Source of the DNA: Giardia intestinalis | Lineage: Eukaryota | Reading direction: 5' to 3' (one strand) | Assembly (NCBI GenBank): GCA_000002435.2 | Contig: CM018791.1 | DNA: 64,000 nt | Shown here: one piece after another, positions 47,703 to 56,305 of the stretch | Position numbering within the stretch: position 1 is the first letter of the stretch | Layout: each line of letters begins with the position of its first letter | Program-made: the position numbers and the translations under genes | The notes under the pieces: generated by a model | Seen by the model: the letters and a program-made list of their open reading frames with translations, nothing else | Databases searched by the model: none | Told to the model about the DNA's origin: nothing

Positions 47703-50700
47703 CTAAGAGCGTACATTCACAAAAGGGATTATCTCAGGACTCAGGGCATGCATGTATTGGTGCCTGCACCGAGCAAAGGCCTCGCAGAGCTCAGGGCCGC
47801 AGATGTCCCAGACAAGCTGGCATATCTGCAACGCCTCAACATACCTTCTCTGAACAAAGGGATAAGATCTAGCAAATCGGGATGATCTGAGATTGGGAGA
47901 CTCGTTGATTTTTACCAACGAGCTGCGTGTAAAGAAGATAGGCTGCAAGGAAATATCAATACCGCTATGACTATCTTTGATGGAGAGTTTTCCCGTGGGG
48001 AGCAGTGTATGTGTTGGCCGCATCTTTTGGGGGAAGATAGATGCTTGCTGGTTGTGTGTAGGAGATGCATCGTCTAATACGCTACTAGATGACTCTCTGT
48101 AGCTCCCTGTGCTATTCTCACTGATCTTCTCTGTGCCAGTTTCACTTTGCTCACTGGGAGCGGGCGTATCTTCAGAGAGGATTGTAGAAAAAGTCTTATC
48201 AGATGTCGAATAATTAGAAGAGGGCGTTGTACCACTGGAAGTATTAGTAGCGTTAACACATGTCTGGATCATACTGTTAAGTTGCTCCTGGAGGACCAAA
48301 ACATCTTCCCCATTAAAGGTCTTTATGATCAAATCTTCGTGGATCATGCAGAGCGGCTCTTCTATACCGGCTTTGGCGGATAGATTCCTTGAAACTGAAA
48401 TGCGGTATGATTCAGAAAATGTATTTTGCTTAGTCAAAGCAGAAACAGGCACCTCCTGCAAGTCTCGGGGCTTTGATTGCAATAGTGTCAGCTGTGCGTT
48501 AATAAAAGATTTCCACGCGTTTTCCCATAGCCATACGGTGTTATCGTTTAAACTAGGCCTAGAGAATGCAATAGTTGGATTGGTCATGGACACAGGCCAA
48601 TTGCAAGGGAGCTTGTTGACGAAAAGGTGATGTGCGAGACACATATCATTGCCATTCTCGTTGGAAGACTCATGTGAAAGTGGTACTACAGAAGGCAGCG
48701 TAGAGACCTTTTTCTTGGTAAGTGATTTGAGGCACTTGCTAATGTCAGAAAAGGCTGGAACGCTAGAAAACCCGCCCAGCTTGCACTGAGCTTCTTTTTC
48801 TTCTTCTGATAACGGAATACCTGTAACAGAATATCTATTGCATAGAATAATTGGGGGAGGAGTCTGGGTTTTGTATGAAGGCAGATCTGTATGCCTGCTC
48901 CATACCAAACGGTCGTTTGAAGCCACAGATATTCCAATTAAGGCACGGTTGGTAGCTATGCTCTCGAGATACTGGACAACTGAACCCTCAGCATCAGACT
49001 TGTAAGCAAAGTGCATCTGACTGTCAAGAAGTGATGGAAAAGCAGTTCTGGATCTGTGTTCTCTATCTCTACGAGGAGTATCCGGCTTGTACTCGCTAGA
49101 TGATGTTTGTGACATGTCATCCGTGCCTTCCGATGCACCGGTTGACCAAGTTGAAGGGCCGGAAGCAGAGTTAGCGGAGCTCGGTGTCGCTTTCGCTGGG
49201 GTTCTCGACCTACTATCTGAGTAAACATCCTTAAGTTCTAATGTCCCATACATCTGCTCACAGTACCGTATCGTAGGTAGCAGTTGTAGTAATGCGTAAG
49301 TATAAAATAAATAATACAGGATGACAGCTCGCGCCCGACGCTCCTCATCCGATACGCCCTTGCGCATCTGTGACGAATACACCGACGTCATCCGTGAGTA
49401 ACCAGAGCCCTTAATGTCTGTGTGAAACTTCCCTCTTCGCGAGAGGGAATTGAAGTCTGCAATCACAGAACCAAAGATATGTACTGAGATATCTATCTGA
49501 CGTCGAAACACACTGTTTTGTATTCCCAGAAGCATAAGAGAATCCTTTGTAGAGACCTCAGTAAGCTGAGATAAATCAAGAGAGAGGGAGGCTAGAGAGG
49601 CTGCCATGCTGGTTTCGATACTATCTTTAATTTTGATTAGGTTTAGCGGCAGAACTGTGGACACTGGGCGGAGAGTATCCACAATAGCCTGGAAGAATGG
49701 TTTCTCTTTGTGCTCAATGCACTTTCGCAGTATGCTGACAGAATTATTTTCTCCTGCTGCTAATAGATTATAGATGGATCCGGCTACAGATTTAGAGTGG
49801 TAAATTATCTTATTCTTAAGTCTGAGCCAGTCGTTATCGGTAGGATAGAGCAGCCCAGTTATGGTGTTTCCTATCATCCAGTTAGGTACGAGGGAGACTC
49901 GTGAGAAGGGAAAGTTGGGGTGCGCCTGCGTGTCTGTAGCCTGGTTAGAGACTTGGGAGGCTCTCTTTCGAGAGCTAATAAGTTGAGCTAAAGCAGCGTG
50001 TGCACTTGCAATTGCCGAGAGAGACATCTTAGCCTTGGGCTTTTTTGTATGCACATGTTCGGCAACCTCATTAGTCGCTACATCCTTACGGCCAGGAGAG
50101 TTTTGGTCCAACTTATAGCCGTGTTTCTGAAGAGATATTCGCTTAGTATTGTTTTTTGCACGTGCCTTAGAGTATGAGCTTGATGAGAGTGGATTGACGA
50201 GAGAGCTTTCACGTAATTCTGGTTCCAATCCATGCTTTAAGCTGACGTGCTGAGGCGATTGCACTTTAAGATGTGGTTCAGGTTCATCAATAGAACCATC
50301 CGATCCTTCCGTATCGCTGAAAATGAATCTCAACGATCCATCTTCGCCACGCGAGCCATCACTTTCATCGGAAGCGGTGCTTGAAGAATTGGTTGATTCG
50401 TCTGGCTGGGTTGAGGCAGAGTCTGCTAGCTCATTAAGGCACGTTGCGTATACATCTGTAGTATAGTGTGTTATCTCATCAATCCTAGTGCCGCAGTCGC
50501 TTAGAAAGTCCGAAGACTCACTCAGATAATTTTCTTCCAGGTCTTCCTGTGATGATTGACACAGCTTTTTGAATGATGGGGCAAGAAGTTTGCGCACGCA
50601 CGATACTGCTTTTCGACGCCAGCCAGTCTTGTCTGCATCTATTGCAAAGAAGAACTGCCGCCCCAGTTCCATAGTTAGTGGGTGGCTATAGCCAAGCATA

Positions 50701-53700
50701 TCCCCAACTATTTTAAGTTCAGACCCTATCCTTCCAATCGTCTTATCAAAAAATGCACCGGATACCCACTCAAGAATGAATGCTTCTCTGAGTATTAGCT
50801 CTACTGGTTCCATATTGATTTTAGAGTAAAGTAGCTTTTTGCTCTCTAAATCGACACCCCGCGAGCATTGGTCTTTGAGGACTGCGCTGACGTAACTTTT
50901 CCTAAGCAAACATGATAGATTGTAAAACTGTTCTAATTTCAGCTCTTGTAAAAATGGCCAATTTGATGTGCCACTGTCTATGGTATCACTCTCAATCCGT
51001 AGCAGATTGCCTAAGCCTGCCTCGATGTCCCTTAGATCTAAAGCATGTGCATCTATTTCTCCCGGATTTGCCTGAAAAGAAGCTGGCTCATATTCGCGTT
51101 GAATGGTCCCTAAAAGGGAGGCGTCCCATGAGACCCAATAGATGTCACCATCCAGGTCGCTGCCTGAAAGGCAATCTGTCATCGGACGACCTTCATAATA
51201 CTTTGGAAAGCAAATCACTCCTCTGTACATTCCCCTGATAGCTTCTTGTGCTACAAAGGATGGCAATACGGGCTTTAAATTCTGCCTGGACGCTTCCCGC
51301 CTGAGCCTTTCAAAGATGTTGACTGCGTGGTAAATTCGGACATCGCCACGATAAAAGCAGGGGTTTTTTGCTACGACTACACGACCCTCGACACAAGAGA
51401 TATTTAGTCCAACAGCAATATCAGATATCTGTAAGTCCAGATCTGGTGGTAGTAACGCTTCCTGCTGTGTGTCATTAGACATTGCCTTAAGATGTGTTGC
51501 TGCGGCCCATTTAGAGATGGATAGCGGCTCCTGCAACCCGACATACACCTCCCCCTCCTTCAAAAGGTCAAAACAATCGTAAACTCCAACGAATATCCGC
51601 GAATCTGGTACATAAAACCGCATATTTGCTTTCATACTACGTAGCTGCATCATTTGCAGCTTCATAAGAAGAAACTGAAGACAGGGCTCTGTAATGTCCA
51701 CGCCAGCCATCAGCATTTGGAGAATAAGCTTCCCGGAAGAACTATGAGATGCTCTACTGACCAACTGATAAAGATCTGCTTGGTGTCTGCAGCGGTCCAC
51801 GGGCTCCAGAAACAGAAGCGTCTTTTGCAAATCTTGATAAACCAGATTGAGAAAGACATCATCCGGAACGCCCATCTCTGATAGTAGCACAATAATCTGC
51901 ATATTTATCATCCCCTTTGACGGCTGCGCCACTCTGAGGATTTCTAGCGTCTGCTGGGTCTCAGTGGGATTAGGGATGCTGAACTTAACTTGAGACTTAT
52001 GGAACAGGATGGTCCTGGGTGGCAGAAGAGCGTTTAGAATGAGCACTCCCTTTGTGCCGGCCCAGCGCATTTGCACTGCAGAAGGTACCTGAATCAAATT
52101 TGAAGCTGTCTTCAAATTTGGTTGGAGATGTGGTACAGTGTGTTCACTGTCCTCGTTAGTATCAGCGAATCCATTATCATAGTATGTTTCTGTATCCTTA
52201 TGCAGTTGCTCGATCTTAAGCTTGTCCAGACAAAGGGCTATCTCGAGCATGAGATCGTAGCTTATCTCTCCTGCGCCATCAGTAAAAACGTAGCCATTAT
52301 ATTCCTTATCTGATACAATCTGCACATCCTCTTCCCTTACCTTTATCGTAGGTAAGGACTTACCAAAACATAGGCCTCTTCGTGTGCATATCTTGCAGGC
52401 CTGGACCTCCTTAATATCCCCGAGCCAATTTATTGCAAACTCGCGGAAGATAACAGCACGTGGACGCATAAACTTGTTCAGAATAGAGTCCAAATGGTCG
52501 ATGCTGGGAAGAATTGGTGATACGTAAAACGTGTAAAGCTTGGAGCTCAGATTGGCGTAAAAGGACTGATAGTATTTAAAGTCTCTGATAAAAGCAGTAA
52601 AGCGCTGCATATATCTATACATTAATTCATAGTCTGGTGCCCTAATAAACCAGCACTGTTGCTCCTTGAGCTGTCCACTCCCTTGTGCATAGTAAACAAA
52701 GACTGAACCACCGAGATAAACACCAGTTGTCAATATATTATAGATTGCTCGTTTTAATACAGATGAATGGGACGAGCGTGCAAATCTCCTGTTGGTTAAC
52801 GAAGGAAATCCGGCCCTAGCAATCGAGTGCTGTATTCTCTCTTCGATCATGACGGGCTTCTTATGTACCTTATGCCTTCGTTGAGCTGGTGATCCTGTGC
52901 GGTCAGGTAACTCAGCTCCATGTCTTCTGCTGTAGGGGCTCACAGATCTCTGCGGTGGTAACGAGGACGATGATCGTGGAACGGCAAACTCTACTCGTAA
53001 GAGGTGGCGCGAACCGAACTCACGAAGATGCCGAGAAGACATTTCAAGAATGGGTGTCTGGGGTAGAAGCAGCGCATAGACCCGCTCTTTTGTTGCAATT
53101 ATGACTATGATAACTTTGAAGACTAAGGCACTGATATTTTTTGGGTTTGGGGCACCGAGAACAGACCTGAGGCGAAGAGGCGAGTGGATGTGGGGGCCAG
53201 ACATGGTTGCAAAGTGATCGAGATGAGTAAATAAACCCAGCTCAAACAGATTGGAATGCGAAGCGTCTGTTCTGTCATCGGTATATACCGAGAAGACGCT
53301 ACTATACGAGTCCTTGCTTACGGTGCTGGTATTGATGTAAATTAGAGCTTGTTTGTGCTCTCCTTCCAACTGTCCATTGTGTAGTACAACTAGGTCGTCA
53401 AGCACTTCTTGTGCATAGATGGGATCAACTTTATGACACTCTGTGACCAGGTAATTGTACGCAGCTAATAGTAGCGAAATCTCGTCTTCATCATTCTCTA
53501 TTGCTGAGACTTGTAAATCGTACAATTGGATAATTATCCGCGATTGATCTAGCGCCCTAAATCCGGCTGAGTTGAGATGGAACTGGTCAAGTGCGTATCT
53601 CAGCGGAAATGATAGACTAAGCAGTGGAAAATCAAAGCCTCGTGGAGGAAAGCACCCCGATGGCGCAATGTATGGATATTGAGCATGTAGTTCGGACGCA

Positions 53701-53708
53701 GAGGGCAT
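47703..53708 (-). CDS. RNA-dependent RNA polymerase (cellular RDR/QDE-1-type RdRP)
   Basis: The 2001-aa protein carries the cellular RdRP catalytic signature …CLSGSDLDGDIYWVSWD… (DxDGD). Upstream of it is the conserved …GRVVVAKNPCFYRGDVRIYHAVN… (KNPC-hPGD-hR). ATG at 53708. A 51-bp spacer separates it from the divergent gene at 53760. Confidence 0.8.
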   Translation of the reverse strand: MPSASELHAQYPYIAPSGCFPPRGFDFPLLSLSFPLRYALDQFHLNSAGFRALDQSRIIIQLYDLQVSAIENDEDEISLLLAAYNYLVTECHKVDPIYAQEVLDDLVVLHNGQLEGEHKQALIYINTSTVSKDSYSSVFSVYTDDRTDASHSNLFELGLFTHLDHFATMSGPHIHSPLRLRSVLGAPNPKNISALVFKVIIVIIATKERVYALLLPQTPILEMSSRHLREFGSRHLLRVEFAVPRSSSSLPPQRSVSPYSRRHGAELPDRTGSPAQRRHKVHKKPVMIEERIQHSIARAGFPSLTNRRFARSSHSSVLKRAIYNILTTGVYLGGSVFVYYAQGSGQLKEQQCWFIRAPDYELMYRYMQRFTAFIRDFKYYQSFYANLSSKLYTFYVSPILPSIDHLDSILNKFMRPRAVIFREFAINWLGDIKEVQACKICTRRGLCFGKSLPTIKVREEDVQIVSDKEYNGYVFTDGAGEISYDLMLEIALCLDKLKIEQLHKDTETYYDNGFADTNEDSEHTVPHLQPNLKTASNLIQVPSAVQMRWAGTKGVLILNALLPPRTILFHKSQVKFSIPNPTETQQTLEILRVAQPSKGMINMQIIVLLSEMGVPDDVFLNLVYQDLQKTLLFLEPVDRCRHQADLYQLVSRASHSSSGKLILQMLMAGVDITEPCLQFLLMKLQMMQLRSMKANMRFYVPDSRIFVGVYDCFDLLKEGEVYVGLQEPLSISKWAAATHLKAMSNDTQQEALLPPDLDLQISDIAVGLNISCVEGRVVVAKNPCFYRGDVRIYHAVNIFERLRREASRQNLKPVLPSFVAQEAIRGMYRGVICFPKYYEGRPMTDCLSGSDLDGDIYWVSWDASLLGTIQREYEPASFQANPGEIDAHALDLRDIEAGLGNLLRIESDTIDSGTSNWPFLQELKLEQFYNLSCLLRKSYVSAVLKDQCSRGVDLESKKLLYSKINMEPVELILREAFILEWVSGAFFDKTIGRIGSELKIVGDMLGYSHPLTMELGRQFFFAIDADKTGWRRKAVSCVRKLLAPSFKKLCQSSQEDLEENYLSESSDFLSDCGTRIDEITHYTTDVYATCLNELADSASTQPDESTNSSSTASDESDGSRGEDGSLRFIFSDTEGSDGSIDEPEPHLKVQSPQHVSLKHGLEPELRESSLVNPLSSSSYSKARAKNNTKRISLQKHGYKLDQNSPGRKDVATNEVAEHVHTKKPKAKMSLSAIASAHAALAQLISSRKRASQVSNQATDTQAHPNFPFSRVSLVPNWMIGNTITGLLYPTDNDWLRLKNKIIYHSKSVAGSIYNLLAAGENNSVSILRKCIEHKEKPFFQAIVDTLRPVSTVLPLNLIKIKDSIETSMAASLASLSLDLSQLTEVSTKDSLMLLGIQNSVFRRQIDISVHIFGSVIADFNSLSRRGKFHTDIKGSGYSRMTSVYSSQMRKGVSDEERRARAVILYYLFYTYALLQLLPTIRYCEQMYGTLELKDVYSDSRSRTPAKATPSSANSASGPSTWSTGASEGTDDMSQTSSSEYKPDTPRRDREHRSRTAFPSLLDSQMHFAYKSDAEGSVVQYLESIATNRALIGISVASNDRLVWSRHTDLPSYKTQTPPPIILCNRYSVTGIPLSEEEKEAQCKLGGFSSVPAFSDISKCLKSLTKKKVSTLPSVVPLSHESSNENGNDMCLAHHLFVNKLPCNWPVSMTNPTIAFSRPSLNDNTVWLWENAWKSFINAQLTLLQSKPRDLQEVPVSALTKQNTFSESYRISVSRNLSAKAGIEEPLCMIHEDLIIKTFNGEDVLVLQEQLNSMIQTCVNATNTSSGTTPSSNYSTSDKTFSTILSEDTPAPSEQSETGTEKISENSTGSYRESSSSVLDDASPTHNQQASIFPQKMRPTHTLLPTGKLSIKDSHSGIDISLQPIFFTRSSLVKINESPNLRSSRFARSYPFVQRRYVEALQICQLVWDICGPELCEAFARCRHQYMHALSPEIIPFVNVRS

Positions 53709-53759
53709 AAGCCCAGATTATCCTGTTTTGTCTTAAAAAATCTAGATAGAGCGAAGCGC

Positions 53760-56237
53760 ATGAATGAGGATGACGGGCTATCGAGTCTAACGGTGCTTGT
53801 CCTATCTGATTTGAGCGGCGACGATCGCAAACTGACACTTCTATTAACAGAATTGATCAGGAGGCGGCAACTTATCGATTGCATCTTTGTCACCGGAAGC
53901 TTAACAAACGGAGACCCACGGCAGTTTAACAATACTGACTACATAGCTGAAGTTCTAGTGCGCTACAAAGTCGTCCTGCAGACACTCCGGCAGATCTCCC
54001 CATTAGTTTATTTTGTCCAGGGAGCCAATGACCCCGTGCTGACAATAAAAAAGCTATCATCTGGCACTCAAGCAGAGAGTATGGTATTAATGAGGTACCC
54101 AGATAATAACGAGTGGTGCATGGACGTCTCCTTCCAGGCAGTGAGACTCGCATCAAATCTGGTTATTGTTGGCTCTTCAGGGTCCAGCGCATCACTAGAT
54201 TCGTGTGCCAGAGAAGCATATGATAATGGTGCCGACATTCTATGGTCAGATACAATGAAGCAGGAGCTGACTGACACAGACGACCAGAAAGAGACAACCC
54301 CGTCCTCCTCTTCTTCTTCCCCGACTTCATCTTCTACCAGTCTACTACAACGGCTTCTAAACTTTGAGCTCCAGGTTACACTGTTTGATGTCTTGCGATC
54401 AGCACTTCTGGAGTTGAACACAGTTCAACCGTCTTCAGAAGCATTTCTGCATAATATACCTGTGACTAACACAGTGCAATCTGTTCTAAAGGACGTAGAC
54501 CCTAGGCTTTTCTACACGACACGGACGCCTGACGAACTCCGTGCTCTAATTACATATAAGCACAGCACAATGGCTGAACCGTTCAGACATAGGCATATGC
54601 CCAGCGGCTCCAACAGCTGCGTACAAAGGCAATCCCAGCATCCACCCTATCCTTTTGGCCCTTTCTTCTATCCTTATGTTCTTTATGAAGGCCTAAGTAA
54701 CTTTAACTCCTACACAACTGACGCCCTGACACTGGCGATTCAGTATGCTCAATCATTCAATGATTATGTGGTAGACACATCTGCTGAGAGAGATTCATTT
54801 TTGACTTATAGCAGAAGATCTGCTGCGTGGATGAATACACACCTTCTACCCCAGCTTTATGAACCCCTGCCAGCAAAGCTTTCTCGCCTTAGTGATGTGT
54901 CTGGACAAGCGGCTCGAAGCCTTCGCCCCACGTTTTCTTCAGACACCACAACAGGGCGCGTCAATCTCTCCCTGCACTATTCTCTTGACATACTACAGGC
55001 GCATACTACTTTTCATGACGAACCAATGGCAATCTTCATTAAATTCCTTTTGAATCCCAGTTTGTTAAACCCTACAGAGAGCATGTACATGCGGATTTAT
55101 GGGCCATTGTTCTGTCATAGCGTAGACTCTTTGCCAGGCAGCGCCTTCCAGAAGCTAGTAGCCTCATCACCTATTGAAGCAGATCATTTTGTGTCTTCCA
55201 CCGCAGTGTATTCCGATGAGGGCACAGATATCTTATCCCTAGCAACGCCGGCCAATAATGCCATGGACGATATGCTCAAGAAAGAGTGGATGATGAAACA
55301 CACTATTGTAGCTATTAGAGATGGAACTTCTCACGATTTGCATGATCTTTACAAGGAAACGTGTGATATCGTTGATGAATTCTCCTCATCAAGCGACGCA
55401 TCTGCACACAGCACGTCAAAGTATATTCGCTCCATGTCCACGCATTACGTAAAGACTCTGTCGAACCCTTCTAGCACCACTGCTTCACTTGTATCTAGTT
55501 TTACAGACGAGGGTGCTGTGAGTACTGTAGATAGTAGTTCCTCTGCAAAACTTAGCTTCTCCCATTCGCCAGTACTAGCTCCCATCACTCTGCTGGCTAA
55601 ACCTCGTTCCAACTTTGTCTCTCCGAGCAACGTACAGAACTATTCGTCCTACTTAAAGCCAAATAGAATAAAGGAGTCTCCACAAAGTCCCTCCAGCTGC
55701 CTACCAAAGTCACTATCTGTGCTCCCCAAGCTTGGCGAGTCTGCTCTATTCAAAAAAGAGTCTCAAACTAAAGATAAGGGCATGCGAGGCTGGCTTAAGT
55801 TAGCTCCAAATTTATATGATTATTTGCCAAAATCTTGGACAGATTGGTCCAACCTCATGCAATGCACGAGCAACGAATTGTCACAGCTCTATTCATTCAA
55901 TGCGTCAAAGGATTCCGTAATTCTCTTAACACATCAGGGGCCAGCTGGATCGCCCACCAGCTATGAGTTCGATCGAGACAAAGGAGAGCTCCTCGAAACA
56001 GGGTCATATGGTTTGCGTGAGCTCCATTGTGGGAGGCTGAATGTCTTACTCCATGTCCATGGTCGCGCAAGAAGGCCTCTAGTACGACTTTATGAAGTAG
56101 ATGATGTCATGGTATTCAACCCCGGTACATTCCGCGATGGGCTCTATGGTATATTGGAGCTCAAGAGAAAGGCCGGCATCTGGCAAGTGTCTTCAGCCTC
56201 AGTCCATAAGCTCATGGCAGAGATTGGGAGTGCTTGA
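53760..56237 (+). CDS. hypothetical protein with degenerate calcineurin-like metallophosphoesterase motifs
   Basis: Split motifs are present: VLVLSDLSGDD (motif I-like, with the His missing), IFVTGSLTNGD (motif II-like), VYFVQGANDP (GNH[DE]-like), LLTHQGPAG and LHVHGRARRP (GHxH-like). The protein ends …VFNPGTF…. About 600 aa of unassigned sequence lies between the N- and C-terminal motif groups. Confidence 0.35.
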   Translation: MNEDDGLSSLTVLVLSDLSGDDRKLTLLLTELIRRRQLIDCIFVTGSLTNGDPRQFNNTDYIAEVLVRYKVVLQTLRQISPLVYFVQGANDPVLTIKKLSSGTQAESMVLMRYPDNNEWCMDVSFQAVRLASNLVIVGSSGSSASLDSCAREAYDNGADILWSDTMKQELTDTDDQKETTPSSSSSSPTSSSTSLLQRLLNFELQVTLFDVLRSALLELNTVQPSSEAFLHNIPVTNTVQSVLKDVDPRLFYTTRTPDELRALITYKHSTMAEPFRHRHMPSGSNSCVQRQSQHPPYPFGPFFYPYVLYEGLSNFNSYTTDALTLAIQYAQSFNDYVVDTSAERDSFLTYSRRSAAWMNTHLLPQLYEPLPAKLSRLSDVSGQAARSLRPTFSSDTTTGRVNLSLHYSLDILQAHTTFHDEPMAIFIKFLLNPSLLNPTESMYMRIYGPLFCHSVDSLPGSAFQKLVASSPIEADHFVSSTAVYSDEGTDILSLATPANNAMDDMLKKEWMMKHTIVAIRDGTSHDLHDLYKETCDIVDEFSSSSDASAHSTSKYIRSMSTHYVKTLSNPSSTTASLVSSFTDEGAVSTVDSSSSAKLSFSHSPVLAPITLLAKPRSNFVSPSNVQNYSSYLKPNRIKESPQSPSSCLPKSLSVLPKLGESALFKKESQTKDKGMRGWLKLAPNLYDYLPKSWTDWSNLMQCTSNELSQLYSFNASKDSVILLTHQGPAGSPTSYEFDRDKGELLETGSYGLRELHCGRLNVLLHVHGRARRPLVRLYEVDDVMVFNPGTFRDGLYGILELKRKAGIWQVSSASVHKLMAEIGSA

Positions 56238-56305
56238 CAGCTACTCTAAGGCGCATTGCCTTTGTTGTCATACCAATGTCAAAAAAGTTCTTCTGAATTT
56301 AAAAA

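Noticed and set aside
56101-56305. An upstream ATG extending the acyl-CoA synthetase ORF by 68 codons.
   Set aside because: The extension overlaps the last 137 bp of the preceding same-strand gene and encodes no recognisable sequence. The downstream ATG at 56306 has the A-rich initiator context.
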